34,145 nt of DNA from an uncultured Chloroflexota bacterium (GCA_913030785.1 CAJWER010000003.1:1-34145), one strand, 5' to 3'. Positions 9,187 to 19,247 are shown, counted from the stretch's first letter. Translations and numbers: made by a program. The notes: generated by a model from the letters alone, not told the origin.

Positions 9187-10869
9187 GTGATGCCAAGTTA
9201 TGAAGTGGATATGCGGCTCAACGTCAAGGTGCCCATGCGGGACGGAGTCGAGCTGTCGGCTGACCTGTACCTGCCTCGTGCATCGGGCACATTTCCGACG
9301 GTCCTGATGCGCACGCCATATAGCAACAACATGGACGTGACCATCGAGAGGGCCCGCGTGCTTGCCAATGATGGTTACGCATGCGTGATCCAGGATATAC
9401 GGGGACGGTGGGACTCCGACGGCGACTACTACCCGTTCCATCCCGACGTCGATGATGGCTTCGACACCCAGGAGTGGGTCGGCCAGCAGGAGTGGAGCAA
9501 CGGCAAGATCGGCATGGCCGGCAGCTCCTACCTGGGGCTGGTGCAGTGGCTCAGCGCGCCCCTGCGCAGTCAGTATCTGACGTGCCTCGCGCCGCGGGTG
9601 ATCTGCGGCGACTTCTACAACGGTCTGGTATATCCAGGTGGCGCACTCCAACTCAACGTTGTGATGACCTGGGGTATGCGTACGAATGGACGTACGGGCC
9701 AGAGCATCGACTACCACGACTGGACCAATGCATTCCGGGCGCTTCCGGTGGGAGATGCAGACCTGTCGGCAGGTCGGGCTCTGGGCTTCTTTAAGGATTG
9801 GATCGAGCACCCTGCATACGACGACTACTGGAACGCCATCGATGTCGAAGACAAGTGGAACGAGATTGATGTCCCGGCCTTCAGCATGGGCGGCTGGTTC
9901 GACCTGTATTCGGCAGATGCCTTCACCAACTTCAACGGTATTCGGAAAAATGGTCGTACCCCGGAGGCTCGCCAGAGCCGGCTGATCGTAGGACCTTGGC
10001 CCCACGCCCTCAGCACCTCGTCCAAGACCGGTGATGTCGACTTCGGCGCGGGGTCGCTGGCGGATCTCGACGGCGAGGAGACGCGCTGGTTCGACTATTG
10101 GCTCAAGGGCATCGACAACGGGATCGTGGACGAGCCTCCGCTCCGGTTGTTCATAATGGGCATTAACGAGTGGCGTGACGAGCACGAATGGCCTCTGGCG
10201 CGAACCGACTGGCAGCGGTGGCACCTGCACTCCGACGGCGACGCCAACAGCGTTCGGGGCGGCGGACGTCTATCCATCGACACGCCCACCGATGAACCGG
10301 AGGACCGGTTTGTCTACGACCCCGAGTTCCCTGTGCAGACGGTGGGAGGCAACAACTGCTGTTCCCCTGACATCGTGCCCTGGGGGCCTTATGACCAGCG
10401 GGCGGTGGAGATGCGCTCTGACGTGCTGGTGTACACGTCCGATCCATTCGAGGAGGACATGGAGGTGACGGGACCGATCAAGGTGGTTCTCTATGCTGCC
10501 ACGGACGGCCCGGACACGGACTGGACGGCGAAGCTGGTGGACGTGTCTCCGACGGGTTACGCAATGAACCTGTGTGACGGCATCTTTCGCGCGCGGTATC
10601 GCGAGAGCAGGTCTGAGTCACGGCTCCTGGAGCCAAACCGCGTCTACGAGTACGAGATCGACGTGGCGGTTACCGGCAACGTATTCCAGAAGGGCCACTC
10701 GGTCCGCATCGAGATATCGTCGTCTAACTTCCCTCGATTCGACCGCAATCTGAACACGGGCAAGGACTACGGTAAGGACGGCGAGATGCGAGTGGCCAAC
10801 CAGGCGGTCTACCACTCGCGCGAGTACCCATCCCATGTGCTGCTGCCGGTGATCCCACTCGCTCCCTAG
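9187..10869 (+). CDS. CocE/NonD family serine hydrolase (peptidase S15-like)
   Basis: VPMRDGVELSADLY, RTPY, nucleophile GSSYLG, GGWFD, GPWPH and SSSNFPRFDRN. Confidence 0.93.
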   Translation: MMPSYEVDMRLNVKVPMRDGVELSADLYLPRASGTFPTVLMRTPYSNNMDVTIERARVLANDGYACVIQDIRGRWDSDGDYYPFHPDVDDGFDTQEWVGQQEWSNGKIGMAGSSYLGLVQWLSAPLRSQYLTCLAPRVICGDFYNGLVYPGGALQLNVVMTWGMRTNGRTGQSIDYHDWTNAFRALPVGDADLSAGRALGFFKDWIEHPAYDDYWNAIDVEDKWNEIDVPAFSMGGWFDLYSADAFTNFNGIRKNGRTPEARQSRLIVGPWPHALSTSSKTGDVDFGAGSLADLDGEETRWFDYWLKGIDNGIVDEPPLRLFIMGINEWRDEHEWPLARTDWQRWHLHSDGDANSVRGGGRLSIDTPTDEPEDRFVYDPEFPVQTVGGNNCCSPDIVPWGPYDQRAVEMRSDVLVYTSDPFEEDMEVTGPIKVVLYAATDGPDTDWTAKLVDVSPTGYAMNLCDGIFRARYRESRSESRLLEPNRVYEYEIDVAVTGNVFQKGHSVRIEISSSNFPRFDRNLNTGKDYGKDGEMRVANQAVYHSREYPSHVLLPVIPLAP

Positions 10870-10898
10870 TCGCGGAGCGGAGCCAGAGGCTTGATGAG

Positions 10899-11627
10899 AT
10901 GCCAACTTCGGCTGTGACCACGATATTCCTGGACGATGGCGGGGTGATGAATGACAACACCCTGAGGGGCCCAGAGTGGCAGCGCCTTGTCGGCGAATAC
11001 CTCTCGCCAAGGCTAGGGGGAAGTCTTCAGGCCTGGGGCGACGCCAACCAGGTCATCGCGACACGGGAGTTCAAGCTGTACAAGGACCACAATTGGGGTA
11101 CGGGTGAGCTAGACTTCCTGGCGTTTAGAGAGCAGTCTGATCGGGACTGGCTCCTGGGGATGACCGAGATGCTTGGTGTAGAAGCGCCTGAAGGAGACGC
11201 GTGCCTGAGACTCGCCCGCGAAGCCTATGGTTTCGTAACCAGGCGTGTACGCTCGGCCTTCCCGGGGGCTGTTGATGCGATACGGCAACTACACGTTACA
11301 GGCTATCCGCTTTACATCGCCTCTGGAGAGGACTCTGACCATCTCGATGGCTACCTCGAAGGGATGGGTGTTCGAGATCTCTTCCGGACACTCTACGGCC
11401 CAGATATTGTGAACACCGCGAAAGAGGTGCCAGAGTACCACTCCCGAATTCTTGATCACGCCGGGGTAGAGCCCGGTGAGGCTGTTGTCGTGGATGACTC
11501 GCCTCAAGTAGTGGCGTGGGCAAGGGACACTGGCGCGATGGGAGTGCTCGTATCGGCCGAAGGTGAGGGTGCTGGCCCGGTCATCCCAAACCTGGCTGCA
11601 CTGCCCGCCTTTCTGGCCTCGCTCTGA
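10899..11627 (+). CDS. HAD-superfamily hydrolase
   Basis: Motif I FLDDGGVM, motif II IASG, conserved Lys in NTAK, motif IV VVVDDSP. Confidence 0.85.
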   Translation: MPTSAVTTIFLDDGGVMNDNTLRGPEWQRLVGEYLSPRLGGSLQAWGDANQVIATREFKLYKDHNWGTGELDFLAFREQSDRDWLLGMTEMLGVEAPEGDACLRLAREAYGFVTRRVRSAFPGAVDAIRQLHVTGYPLYIASGEDSDHLDGYLEGMGVRDLFRTLYGPDIVNTAKEVPEYHSRILDHAGVEPGEAVVVDDSPQVVAWARDTGAMGVLVSAEGEGAGPVIPNLAALPAFLASL

Positions 11628-11663
11628 GTGTGATCAGATCAGGATTGCGTAAGGAGTGGCGGT

Positions 11664-11906
11664 ATGCTTACAGCGTTTGGCTCGGTGGCCGTCGGCATCA
11701 TGTTCCTGTCCTACTGGCTGGAGCCTCGCTCCAGGTGGTATGTAATGGTATTCGCAGTAGCCAGCGCGATGACTGCGCTATATAGCGGGCTGGCTCATGT
11801 GTACCCGATAATGGTCGTCGAGGCTCTGTGGGCGGCGGTGGCCCTGCGGCGCTTTGTGACCCGCTCGCGGGTTGAAGGGCGGAATGTTGTGGCGGGCGCT
11901 GTATGA
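11664..11906 (+). CDS. Small membrane protein, about 3 TM helices
   Basis: AAGGAG SD; 80-aa hydrophobic ORF filling the gap between genes. Confidence 0.75.
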   Translation: MLTAFGSVAVGIMFLSYWLEPRSRWYVMVFAVASAMTALYSGLAHVYPIMVVEALWAAVALRRFVTRSRVEGRNVVAGAV

Positions 11907-11914
11907 ACGGCGGA

Positions 11915-11963
11915 TTTGCTCGCGGTCGATATCGATTATACTGTTGCGAGAAAATTTTCACGA
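11915..11963 (+). promoter_or_regulatory. ctaAB promoter with degenerate Rex-like operator at the transcription start
   Basis: -10 TATACT at 11937-11942; GCGAGAAAATTTTCACGA at 11946-11963 has 4 mismatches to TTGTGAAnnnnTTCACAA. Confidence 0.4.
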
Positions 11964-11978
11964 ACGAGATCAAAGACA

Positions 11979-12974
11979 TTGCTGGCAGCGTTGAAGAGAG
12001 CATTTGGTGGTGGTGATAACGGGGGCAACACAGCCTTCCGAATTGTGATAGTGGCGGCGATTATAGCTGCGGTGGGGCAGGTAGCCCTCGGCGGGGTGGT
12101 CCGGGTGACTGACTCCGGCCTCGGATGTCCCGATTGGCCGCTCTGCCACGGCAGGCTTATCCCGCCCTTTGAGCTGCACACCCTGATCGAATATTCTCAC
12201 CGGCTTTCGGCCAGCACGCTTGGGTTTCTGGTTTTAGCCGCGACGATCATCGTGTGGCGAGACCCCTGGCGCAGTACCTTGGCTGTCGGCGCCACTACCG
12301 GCGCTCTGATTCTGGTGGGTGTGGCAGCGGTCCTTGGCGGCATCACAGTCTTGACCGAGCTTGCATGGTGGGTGGTCCTATTCCACCTCGGAATCGCCGA
12401 GGGGGTGGTCGCGAGCCTCGTAATAGCGGCAGTGGCCGGATGGAGGGGCGGACCTGTCCTGGAGCCGGCCAGGGATGATATCTTTTCCTTGCGTATGCGA
12501 TGGCTGACGGGTCTGGCGCTGGGGGGTACCCTTTTGCTGATCCTATCGGGCTCCTACATGGTGGGGCGGGGTTTTGGCTCTTCGTGCTCTACCTGGCCGA
12601 CGTGTCTGGGCAGTTTGCTGCCCTCGGGAGAGGTCTATATGGTCCACATGTCCCACCGCTACGTCGCAGGGCTCGCTGGGCTGCTGGTGCTGGCGCTGAC
12701 TGCATCAGCCTGGCTTGAGGCGGTCCGGCCCAGCGTCAGGTGGACTACACTGGCTGTCCTGGTGGTGTTTGTGGTCCAGGGTTTGGTCGGAGCCGTGACT
12801 GTGTGGTCGGAGTTTGCGGCGGGGATGAAGGCAGCCCACCTTGCGGTGGCAACCGTCTTGTGGGTCGCGCTCGTGTACGTGGCTATGCTACAAATGCCCG
12901 AGTGGCCTGTCACGAATAGGCGGGCCGAAAGGAACCCGGACCCCGTGTCTGGGCTGGAAGGTGCTAGCTCTTGA
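11979..12974 (+). CDS. ctaA: Heme A synthase (CtaA/COX15 family)
   Basis: GGVVRVTDSGLGCPDWPLCHG, IEYSHR, second Cys pair CSTWPTC, HMSHR and 8 TM segments. Start uncertain (TTG 11979 or 11991; ORF track opens at 11916). Confidence 0.9.
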   Translation: MLAALKRAFGGGDNGGNTAFRIVIVAAIIAAVGQVALGGVVRVTDSGLGCPDWPLCHGRLIPPFELHTLIEYSHRLSASTLGFLVLAATIIVWRDPWRSTLAVGATTGALILVGVAAVLGGITVLTELAWWVVLFHLGIAEGVVASLVIAAVAGWRGGPVLEPARDDIFSLRMRWLTGLALGGTLLLILSGSYMVGRGFGSSCSTWPTCLGSLLPSGEVYMVHMSHRYVAGLAGLLVLALTASAWLEAVRPSVRWTTLAVLVVFVVQGLVGAVTVWSEFAAGMKAAHLAVATVLWVALVYVAMLQMPEWPVTNRRAERNPDPVSGLEGASS

Positions 12975-13858
12975 TTGCTCAAGTGGTGGAGCCACGCGGT
13001 TTGATTCGTGACTACGTTTCACTCACCAAGCCGCGCATCCTGTCGATGCTGCTGCTCACAGCCCTTTGCGCAATGTTTCTGGCCGAGGGTGGGGTGCCGG
13101 AGCTTTCCCTGATTGCACTGGTACTCGGGGGAGGCGCTTTGGCTGCAGGAGGAGCCCACGCCCTCAACCACTACATTGAGAGAGACTCGGACTCGTTGAT
13201 GCGTAGGACCAAGAAGCGTCCTGTGGCCTCAGGGCGTGTATCGCCACAGGAGGCGATGTGGTTTGGGATTGGGCTGAATGTCATCGCGTTCGTTTTGCTG
13301 ACTGTCCTGGTCAATCCGCTGGCGGCGGCCCTGACGCTCAGTGCGACACTTTTCTACGTGTTCGTATACACCATCGCTCTGAAGCGCAAGACGCCTCAGA
13401 ATATTGTGATAGGGGGCGCTGCTGGGGCAGTGCCGCCCCTGGCTGCCTGGGCCGCTGTGACCGGCACCGTGGAGCTGCCGGCTATCTATCTGTTTGCCAT
13501 CATCTTTTTTTGGACACCTCCACACTTCTGGGCCCTGGCACTCATGATTAAGGACGACTATTTGAGCGCAGGCATCCCGATGATGCCGGTGGTGACAAGC
13601 GTTGCGGAGACCAAACGACAGATACTGCTCTACACGTTTATCTTGGTGGCGCTGACGCTGATGTTCGTCACGACATCGGCTGTCGGCTGGTTCTACTTCG
13701 CGACAGCCGCAGGATCAGGACTCGTGTACATCTACTACACGTGGCGGCTCTATAGGCTACCGGAGATCAGTGGAGCGAAGAGCGCGTATTTGTACTCGCT
13801 GTTGTACCTGGCTTTGATATTTGTTGGGGTTGTGGCAGACGTATACGTGAGATTCTAG
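12971..13858 (+). CDS. ctaB: Protoheme IX farnesyltransferase (heme O synthase)
   Basis: LTKPRI, NHYIERDSDSLMRRTKKRP, NIVIGGAAGAVPP, FFWTPPHFWAL; 4-nt overlap with ctaA. Confidence 0.96.
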   Translation: MIAQVVEPRGLIRDYVSLTKPRILSMLLLTALCAMFLAEGGVPELSLIALVLGGGALAAGGAHALNHYIERDSDSLMRRTKKRPVASGRVSPQEAMWFGIGLNVIAFVLLTVLVNPLAAALTLSATLFYVFVYTIALKRKTPQNIVIGGAAGAVPPLAAWAAVTGTVELPAIYLFAIIFFWTPPHFWALALMIKDDYLSAGIPMMPVVTSVAETKRQILLYTFILVALTLMFVTTSAVGWFYFATAAGSGLVYIYYTWRLYRLPEISGAKSAYLYSLLYLALIFVGVVADVYVRF

Positions 13859-13879
13859 CCAGACCCAACGCTGGACGCT

Positions 13880-13945
13880 TTGTGCCATTTGTCACAATCC
13901 GCCCCTCGTGGGTGCTTGACCATTCGTCGATCCGTCTGTTAAATT
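13880..13945 (+). promoter_or_regulatory. Rex-type operator and sigma70 promoter of the oxidase operon
   Basis: TTGTG-CCATTTGT-CACAA at 13880-13897 is an 18-bp TTGTG-N8-CACAA palindrome; TTGACC at 13916 with TAAATT 18 nt later. Confidence 0.65.
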
Positions 13946-14002
13946 CTTGACCGGCGCCCCAGACGTACCGATTTCCCTGGAAGGGAGACCCAGCCCCTAC
14001 CG

Positions 14003-15073
14003 ATGTCAACCACAAGCAGCCGCTCTAAGATTTATCTGGGAGTACTGCTACTACTTTCAACCATTGCCCTGCTGACTGGCTGCACTCCTGACGATCCCCA
14101 GTCGACCTTTGACACCGTAGGACCCGTGTCGCGGTCCCAACTTGTCCTGTTCTACTGGATATTCTGGGCCGCAGTCGTCGTGTTCATCGTCGTCGGCGCG
14201 GTGCTCGCATATACGAGCCTCCGTTTTCGGCGGAAGCCCTCCGACGCCATGCCTCCGCAGACGCACGGTCATACGCCGATGGAGATAGCGTGGACCATCG
14301 TTCCTGCACTGGTCCTGGCCGTCGTGGCGGTGCCGACAGTCCTGACCATTTTTGACAACGCCAACTCGCCTGAGCCCGGCGCCTTGACCGTCGAGGCCGT
14401 GGGCCGCCAGTGGTGGTTTGAGTTCAAGTACCCGCACCCTACCGATCCCGACGAGCAGGTAGTGACTGCCAACGAGCTTCACATACCGGTCGGCGAGGTC
14501 GTCAACATCAACCTCGCGTCGAGGGACGTGCTTCACAGCTTCTGGATCCCGAAAATCGCCGGCAAGGTCGACATGGTGCCCAATAATGCGAATACCATTT
14601 GGATTCAGTCGGACGAGGCAGGGGAGTTCTTTGGCCAGTGCGCGGAGTTCTGCGGCGAGGCACATGCCCTGATGAGGTTCCGGGTGATCGCCGAGCCGCG
14701 GGAGGAGTACGACGCCTGGCTTTTGGCCCAGGCCGAACCGGCGGCGGACGCGGTCGAGCCGTTGGCTGCAGAGGGTCAGGCCCTGTTCGAGGGCAACGCC
14801 GCTGGGTGCTGGGCTTGCCACACGATCTCGGGCTCGGCGAAGTCGCGAGGGTCTGTGGGGCCAAACCTTACCCACGTTGCCAGTCGAGGCCTCATCGCAG
14901 CCGGGATCATAGAGAACGACCAGGCGGGCCTCCGGACATGGCTGACAGATCCCTGCGAGGCGAAGCCAGGTAATGTGATGTGCACAGGTGCAGCGGTGTA
15001 CAACAACCCGGACAAGTCGCTCGACGAGAAGCAAATCTCGGCGCTCGTAGCGTACCTGCGGGGCCTAGATTGA
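14003..15073 (+). CDS. coxB: Cytochrome c oxidase subunit II with fused cytochrome c (caa3 type)
   Basis: Lipobox LLTGC, QWWFEF, CuA ligands HSF...CAEFCGEAHALM, heme c motif CWACH, axial Met in PGNVM. Confidence 0.96.
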   Translation: MSTTSSRSKIYLGVLLLLSTIALLTGCTPDDPQSTFDTVGPVSRSQLVLFYWIFWAAVVVFIVVGAVLAYTSLRFRRKPSDAMPPQTHGHTPMEIAWTIVPALVLAVVAVPTVLTIFDNANSPEPGALTVEAVGRQWWFEFKYPHPTDPDEQVVTANELHIPVGEVVNINLASRDVLHSFWIPKIAGKVDMVPNNANTIWIQSDEAGEFFGQCAEFCGEAHALMRFRVIAEPREEYDAWLLAQAEPAADAVEPLAAEGQALFEGNAAGCWACHTISGSAKSRGSVGPNLTHVASRGLIAAGIIENDQAGLRTWLTDPCEAKPGNVMCTGAAVYNNPDKSLDEKQISALVAYLRGLD

Positions 15074-15143
15074 TGAACTCTCTCTTCACCAAGGGCAGCC
15101 AGGTAACATCAACTATTAGCTACCGAAAAGTCGGAGGCCTAGG

Positions 15144-17012
15144 ATGACAACCATATCGCTTCCTATCCCGAAGCGTCCGGTCCATCCCACCGGTGTTTGG
15201 TCTTGGATCACCACCGTCGACCACAAGCGAATCGGGATCCTGTACGGGGTCACCGCCTTCATAATGTTCATGACCGGCGGGCTCGAGGCGATGTACATCC
15301 GCGCCCAGCTTGCCCGGCCTGGCCAGGATCTGGTTAGCCCCGAGGTCTACAACCAGCTATTCACGATGCATGGCACGACCATGATCTTCCTGGCGATTAT
15401 GCCGATGGGAGCGGCGTTCTTCAACTACATAATCCCGCTGCAGCTCGGCGCCAGGGACGTGGCGTTCCCACGGCTCAACGCCTTCAGCTACTGGACCTTT
15501 TTGGCCGGGGCGCTGATGCTCAACCTTAGCTGGGTCCTGGGCGGGGCGCCCAACGCCGGCTGGTTCGGATACGCTCCTTTGACAAGCAGCGCCTTCAATC
15601 CCGGCGCTGGCATCGACTTCTGGATACTAAGTCTCCAGATACTCGGTATCGCGTCGCTGGCTGCCGCCTTCAACTTCATCGTGACCATCATTAATATGCG
15701 GGCTCCAGGCATGTCACTCATGCGAATGCCCCTGTTCACCTGGATGACGCTGATAACCTCGTTCCTGCTGATCCTGGCGTTCCCGGTGATAACCGTTGCG
15801 CTGATACAGCTCCTATTTGACCGTCAGTTTGGGGCCAACTTCTTCGTGCCCGGGGCCGGCGCGAGCCCGGTGCTCTGGCAGCACCTGTTCTGGATATTTG
15901 GCCATCCGGAGGTGTACATTCTGATCCTGCCCGCGATGGGGATCGTCTCGGAAATTATCCCGACGTTTTCGAAGAAGCCGCTATTTGGCTATCCGGTGGT
16001 TGTCCTGTCAGGCTTGGTGATCGGATTCATGGGGTGGATGGTCTGGAGCCACCACATGTTTACGGTGGGACTGGGGCCGGTGGCGAACTCGGTCTTCGCC
16101 CTCACCACCATGGCGATAGCGGTGCCCACGGGGGTCAAGATATTCAACTGGATGGCCACTATGTGGCGGGGTTCTATCGATTTCAAGACGGCCATGCTCT
16201 TCGCGGTGGGATTCATCTGGCTGTTCATCATCGGTGGCCTAAGCGGTGTAATGCACTCGTCCGCCGCCTCCGATGCACAGCAGCAGGACACATACTTCAT
16301 CGTCGCCCACCTGCACTACGTTCTCTTCGGCGGGAGCATCATGGCGCTGCTGGGCGGAATCTACTATTGGTTCCCCAAGTTCACCGGCCGCCTCATGGAT
16401 GAGACCGTAGGGAAGATCAACTTCTGGCTTGTGTTCATCGCCATGAACATCACCTTCTTCCCAATGCACTTCACCGGACTCAACGGGATGCCCCGTCGGA
16501 TCTATACCTACGACTCGGGCATGGGTTGGGACCTATGGAACGCGGTCTCTTCTGCGGGCGCGTTTATGCTGGGTGCGGGGATACTCTTGTTCCTGTACAA
16601 CGCGATCAAGAGCGCCAGAAGCGGCGAGATCGCGTCGGCTGACCCCTGGGACGGCCGCACGCTGGAGTGGTCCATCTCCTCACCGCCGCCGGAGTACAAC
16701 TTCGAGCAGATCCCGGTGGTTCAGGGGCGTGACCCGTTCTGGGCCCAGAAGTACGAGGGCGTTGCCATGGTTCCGGTCGCGGGAGGCTCGGGTGAAGATG
16801 GTGGCCATTCGATACATCTGCCACAGCCATCCTATTGGCCGTTCGTGGCCTCCATAGGCATATTCATCGGCAGCTTTGGCGTCCTATACATCAACGCCGC
16901 GTCCTGGATCGGGGTGGCTGTTGCAGTGATCGGCGCATTAATCACGATGATCGCCGTCTATGCCTGGTCCCTGGAACCTGTCAATGACCCTGACGATGGC
17001 GCAGCATACTAA
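15144..17012 (+). CDS. ctaD: Cytochrome c oxidase subunit I, A1 type
   Basis: DHKRIG, TMHGT, FGHPEVY, WSHHM, AHLHY, GMPRR; two extra C-terminal TM helices after IHLPQPSYWP. Confidence 0.97.
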   Translation: MTTISLPIPKRPVHPTGVWSWITTVDHKRIGILYGVTAFIMFMTGGLEAMYIRAQLARPGQDLVSPEVYNQLFTMHGTTMIFLAIMPMGAAFFNYIIPLQLGARDVAFPRLNAFSYWTFLAGALMLNLSWVLGGAPNAGWFGYAPLTSSAFNPGAGIDFWILSLQILGIASLAAAFNFIVTIINMRAPGMSLMRMPLFTWMTLITSFLLILAFPVITVALIQLLFDRQFGANFFVPGAGASPVLWQHLFWIFGHPEVYILILPAMGIVSEIIPTFSKKPLFGYPVVVLSGLVIGFMGWMVWSHHMFTVGLGPVANSVFALTTMAIAVPTGVKIFNWMATMWRGSIDFKTAMLFAVGFIWLFIIGGLSGVMHSSAASDAQQQDTYFIVAHLHYVLFGGSIMALLGGIYYWFPKFTGRLMDETVGKINFWLVFIAMNITFFPMHFTGLNGMPRRIYTYDSGMGWDLWNAVSSAGAFMLGAGILLFLYNAIKSARSGEIASADPWDGRTLEWSISSPPPEYNFEQIPVVQGRDPFWAQKYEGVAMVPVAGGSGEDGGHSIHLPQPSYWPFVASIGIFIGSFGVLYINAASWIGVAVAVIGALITMIAVYAWSLEPVNDPDDGAAY

Positions 17013-17026
17013 CGGAGCCTGTTAAT

Positions 17027-17644
17027 TTGGCCGAAGCAACCGCGGCAATACACGCAGAGCACGAAGAGACCTCCACGGGTCTGAATAGCAGGAAGTTGCT
17101 CATGTGGGCCTTCCTGGGTTCAGACTGCATGTTCTTTGGCTCGCTCATCGCGACATACGTGGTCTACCAGGGAAAGAGCCTCAAGGGCCCGTTCCCTGAA
17201 GATGTATTCAGTATCCCTGTCACGTCTGTGAGCACATTCGTGCTGCTGATGAGCAGTATGAGTATGGTTCTGGCCTACGCGGCGCTCAGGCAGGGGAGTA
17301 TCAAGTCGTTCCGCATCTGGATATTCTCGACGGCGATCCTGGGCATGACCTTCCTGGGCTTTCAGGTCTTCGAGTTCCGGGACTTTGTGCACGAGGGTCT
17401 GACACTGAAGACCAACCTGTTCGGAACGACCTTCTTTACCCTGACGGGGTTCCACGGCGCCCACGTTACGCTTGGAGTGATCTGGCTGCTTTCCCTGGGA
17501 TTCCACTCCTTCAAGGGCGGAATAACACCCGATAATCACCTTGACGTCGACTTGGCAGCGCTGTACTGGCATTTTGTGGACGTTGTTTGGATCATCATAT
17601 TCACAGTGGTGTACCTGTTCGGGGTGTTCCCCGGGCTAAATTAG
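17027..17644 (+). CDS. ctaE: Cytochrome c oxidase subunit III (short 5-TM form)
   Basis: WAFLGSDCMFF, LTGFHGAHV, LYWHFVDVVW; TTG start after GGAG. Confidence 0.95.
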   Translation: MAEATAAIHAEHEETSTGLNSRKLLMWAFLGSDCMFFGSLIATYVVYQGKSLKGPFPEDVFSIPVTSVSTFVLLMSSMSMVLAYAALRQGSIKSFRIWIFSTAILGMTFLGFQVFEFRDFVHEGLTLKTNLFGTTFFTLTGFHGAHVTLGVIWLLSLGFHSFKGGITPDNHLDVDLAALYWHFVDVVWIIIFTVVYLFGVFPGLN

Positions 17645-17743
17645 TAGTGATGTACTGAGGGAGATGGTTCCGACCTGATCTCTCGATGGCGAGACCTCCG
17701 AGCAGACGGTTTCAGGACGGCAGCGTAAGGAAGCAAGCGCGAC

Positions 17744-18064
17744 ATGGCACAAGAACCAGGAACAGAAGCACAGGGAGCAGCGGTCCATACGGGGCACCCA
17801 ACGCCTTTCACCTATTTCAAGGTGGCGATGATCCTGTCGACTATTACCGCCGTTGAGGTCGGTATTTTCTACATTGAGGATCTGGGGAAAGGGATCATAC
17901 CGATCCTCGTTGTCCTCTCCGCCGCTAAGTTCGCGCTAGTCGCGATGTTCTACATGCACCTGCGGTACGACTCTCGGATATTCACTGGGCTGTTCGTCGG
18001 GGGCATCGCCCTGGCGATCTCCGTCACCCTTGCGGTTCTGGGGCTGTTCCAGTTCTTCGTATAG
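17744..18064 (+). CDS. ctaF: Cytochrome c oxidase subunit IV (caa3 type)
   Basis: ITAVEV and KFALVAMFYMHLRYD motifs, 3 TM helices, operon position. Confidence 0.88.
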   Translation: MAQEPGTEAQGAAVHTGHPTPFTYFKVAMILSTITAVEVGIFYIEDLGKGIIPILVVLSAAKFALVAMFYMHLRYDSRIFTGLFVGGIALAISVTLAVLGLFQFFV

Positions 18065-18098
18065 CGACCAACGGCGAGGTCGAGGAGGAGCGTACCAC

Positions 18099-18929
18099 GT
18101 GGCGGGGTCGATCTGGTTTCATTGGCATGCCCACCCTGACGCTCTGATCGGTCTGGCGATCGTCCAAGGCCTGTATCTCTTTGGAGTTGGTCCTTTGAGG
18201 CAGAGATACGGCCTCGCCGAGAGTGTCGAACCGCGGCAGGTTGCCACCTTTACGGTTGGCATCATGGTCATCTTCGTGGCGCTGCTTTCGCCACTTCATG
18301 TCCTGAGCGACAGCTACCTGTTCAGCGCCCATATGGTTCAGCACGTGTTGCTGACCCTGGTGGCGCCCCCGTTGCTCATACTGGGCACACCGGATTGGCT
18401 GGTGCGCCGTATCTTGCGGCCCGATCCCTTATTCATCGCCGCCCGCATCGTCACTCACCCGATTGTGGCGATCGTCCTGTTCAACATCATTTTCTCCCTC
18501 TTTCACATGCCCTCGCTGTATAACGTGTCAGTGACGAACCACCTGATCCACATTGTGGAACACCTCGTATTCATAGGCGCTGCGTTGATAATGTGGTGGC
18601 CGCTCGTTAGCACCATGCCAGAGCTACCGCGTCTCTCGTACCCACTTCAGATGGTGTACCTGTTCGGCATGTCGGTGGCCCAGATCGTGGTATTCGGGCC
18701 GGTGACTTTCTCGCAGGAGCCGTTATACCAGTGGTACGTCGATGCGCCACGGCTGTGGTCGCTTACGGCCCTGTCGGACCAGCAAATTGGCGCAGTGATC
18801 ATGAAGGTGGGTGGAGGCGTTCTGTTCATGACGCTGCTGATTGTCGCTTTCTATCGTTGGTACAAGAGTGCGGAAGAGGAGACCGAGCCGGAGCCAGATT
18901 CCCGTGAGCTCTCTCTCCAGCGACACTAG
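18099..18929 (+). CDS. ctaG: caa3-type oxidase assembly factor CtaG
   Basis: GTG start at 18099 after GAGGAGGAG; LFSAHMVQHVLL...APPLL, DQQIGAVIM. Confidence 0.9.
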   Translation: MAGSIWFHWHAHPDALIGLAIVQGLYLFGVGPLRQRYGLAESVEPRQVATFTVGIMVIFVALLSPLHVLSDSYLFSAHMVQHVLLTLVAPPLLILGTPDWLVRRILRPDPLFIAARIVTHPIVAIVLFNIIFSLFHMPSLYNVSVTNHLIHIVEHLVFIGAALIMWWPLVSTMPELPRLSYPLQMVYLFGMSVAQIVVFGPVTFSQEPLYQWYVDAPRLWSLTALSDQQIGAVIMKVGGGVLFMTLLIVAFYRWYKSAEEETEPEPDSRELSLQRH

Positions 18930-19049
18930 CGCTCGGGTCTGGGGGCGTTTAGGGAAACAAGCTATCTTGAAGCGACAGGATCACCGTTGCGCAAACGATG
19001 AACAATGATAAGGGGCCCATCAAGAGGCTCGGCGAAAGGAAAGAAATCG

Positions 19050-19247
19050 ATGAAGATGAACAATAGAGCGTTGTTATTTCCCTTGCTGTCGATACTAGTA
19101 GTGGCCGTCTTTGCTGTGGGGTTGGGTGTCATCTTCATTTTGCTCCATGAGATATCTGAGTGGGCAGTGATTGGACTAGGATCGGCGTTGGTGGTTGTAG
19201 TTCCCGCGGCCGCTGCCCTGGGGCAACGGATGGTGGAGAAGGCCTAG
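19050..19247 (+). CDS. Small 2-TM membrane protein in the oxidase cluster
   Basis: AAAGGA SD before ATG at 19050/19056; two hydrophobic helices; lies between ctaG and the Sco gene. Confidence 0.7.
   Translation: MKMNNRALLFPLLSILVVAVFAVGLGVIFILLHEISEWAVIGLGSALVVVVPAAAALGQRMVEKA

Noticed and set aside
16780-17644. Subunit I C-terminal extension with short subunit III as a novel fusion
   Set aside because: This 14+5 TM split is the known Bacillus-type caa3 arrangement.
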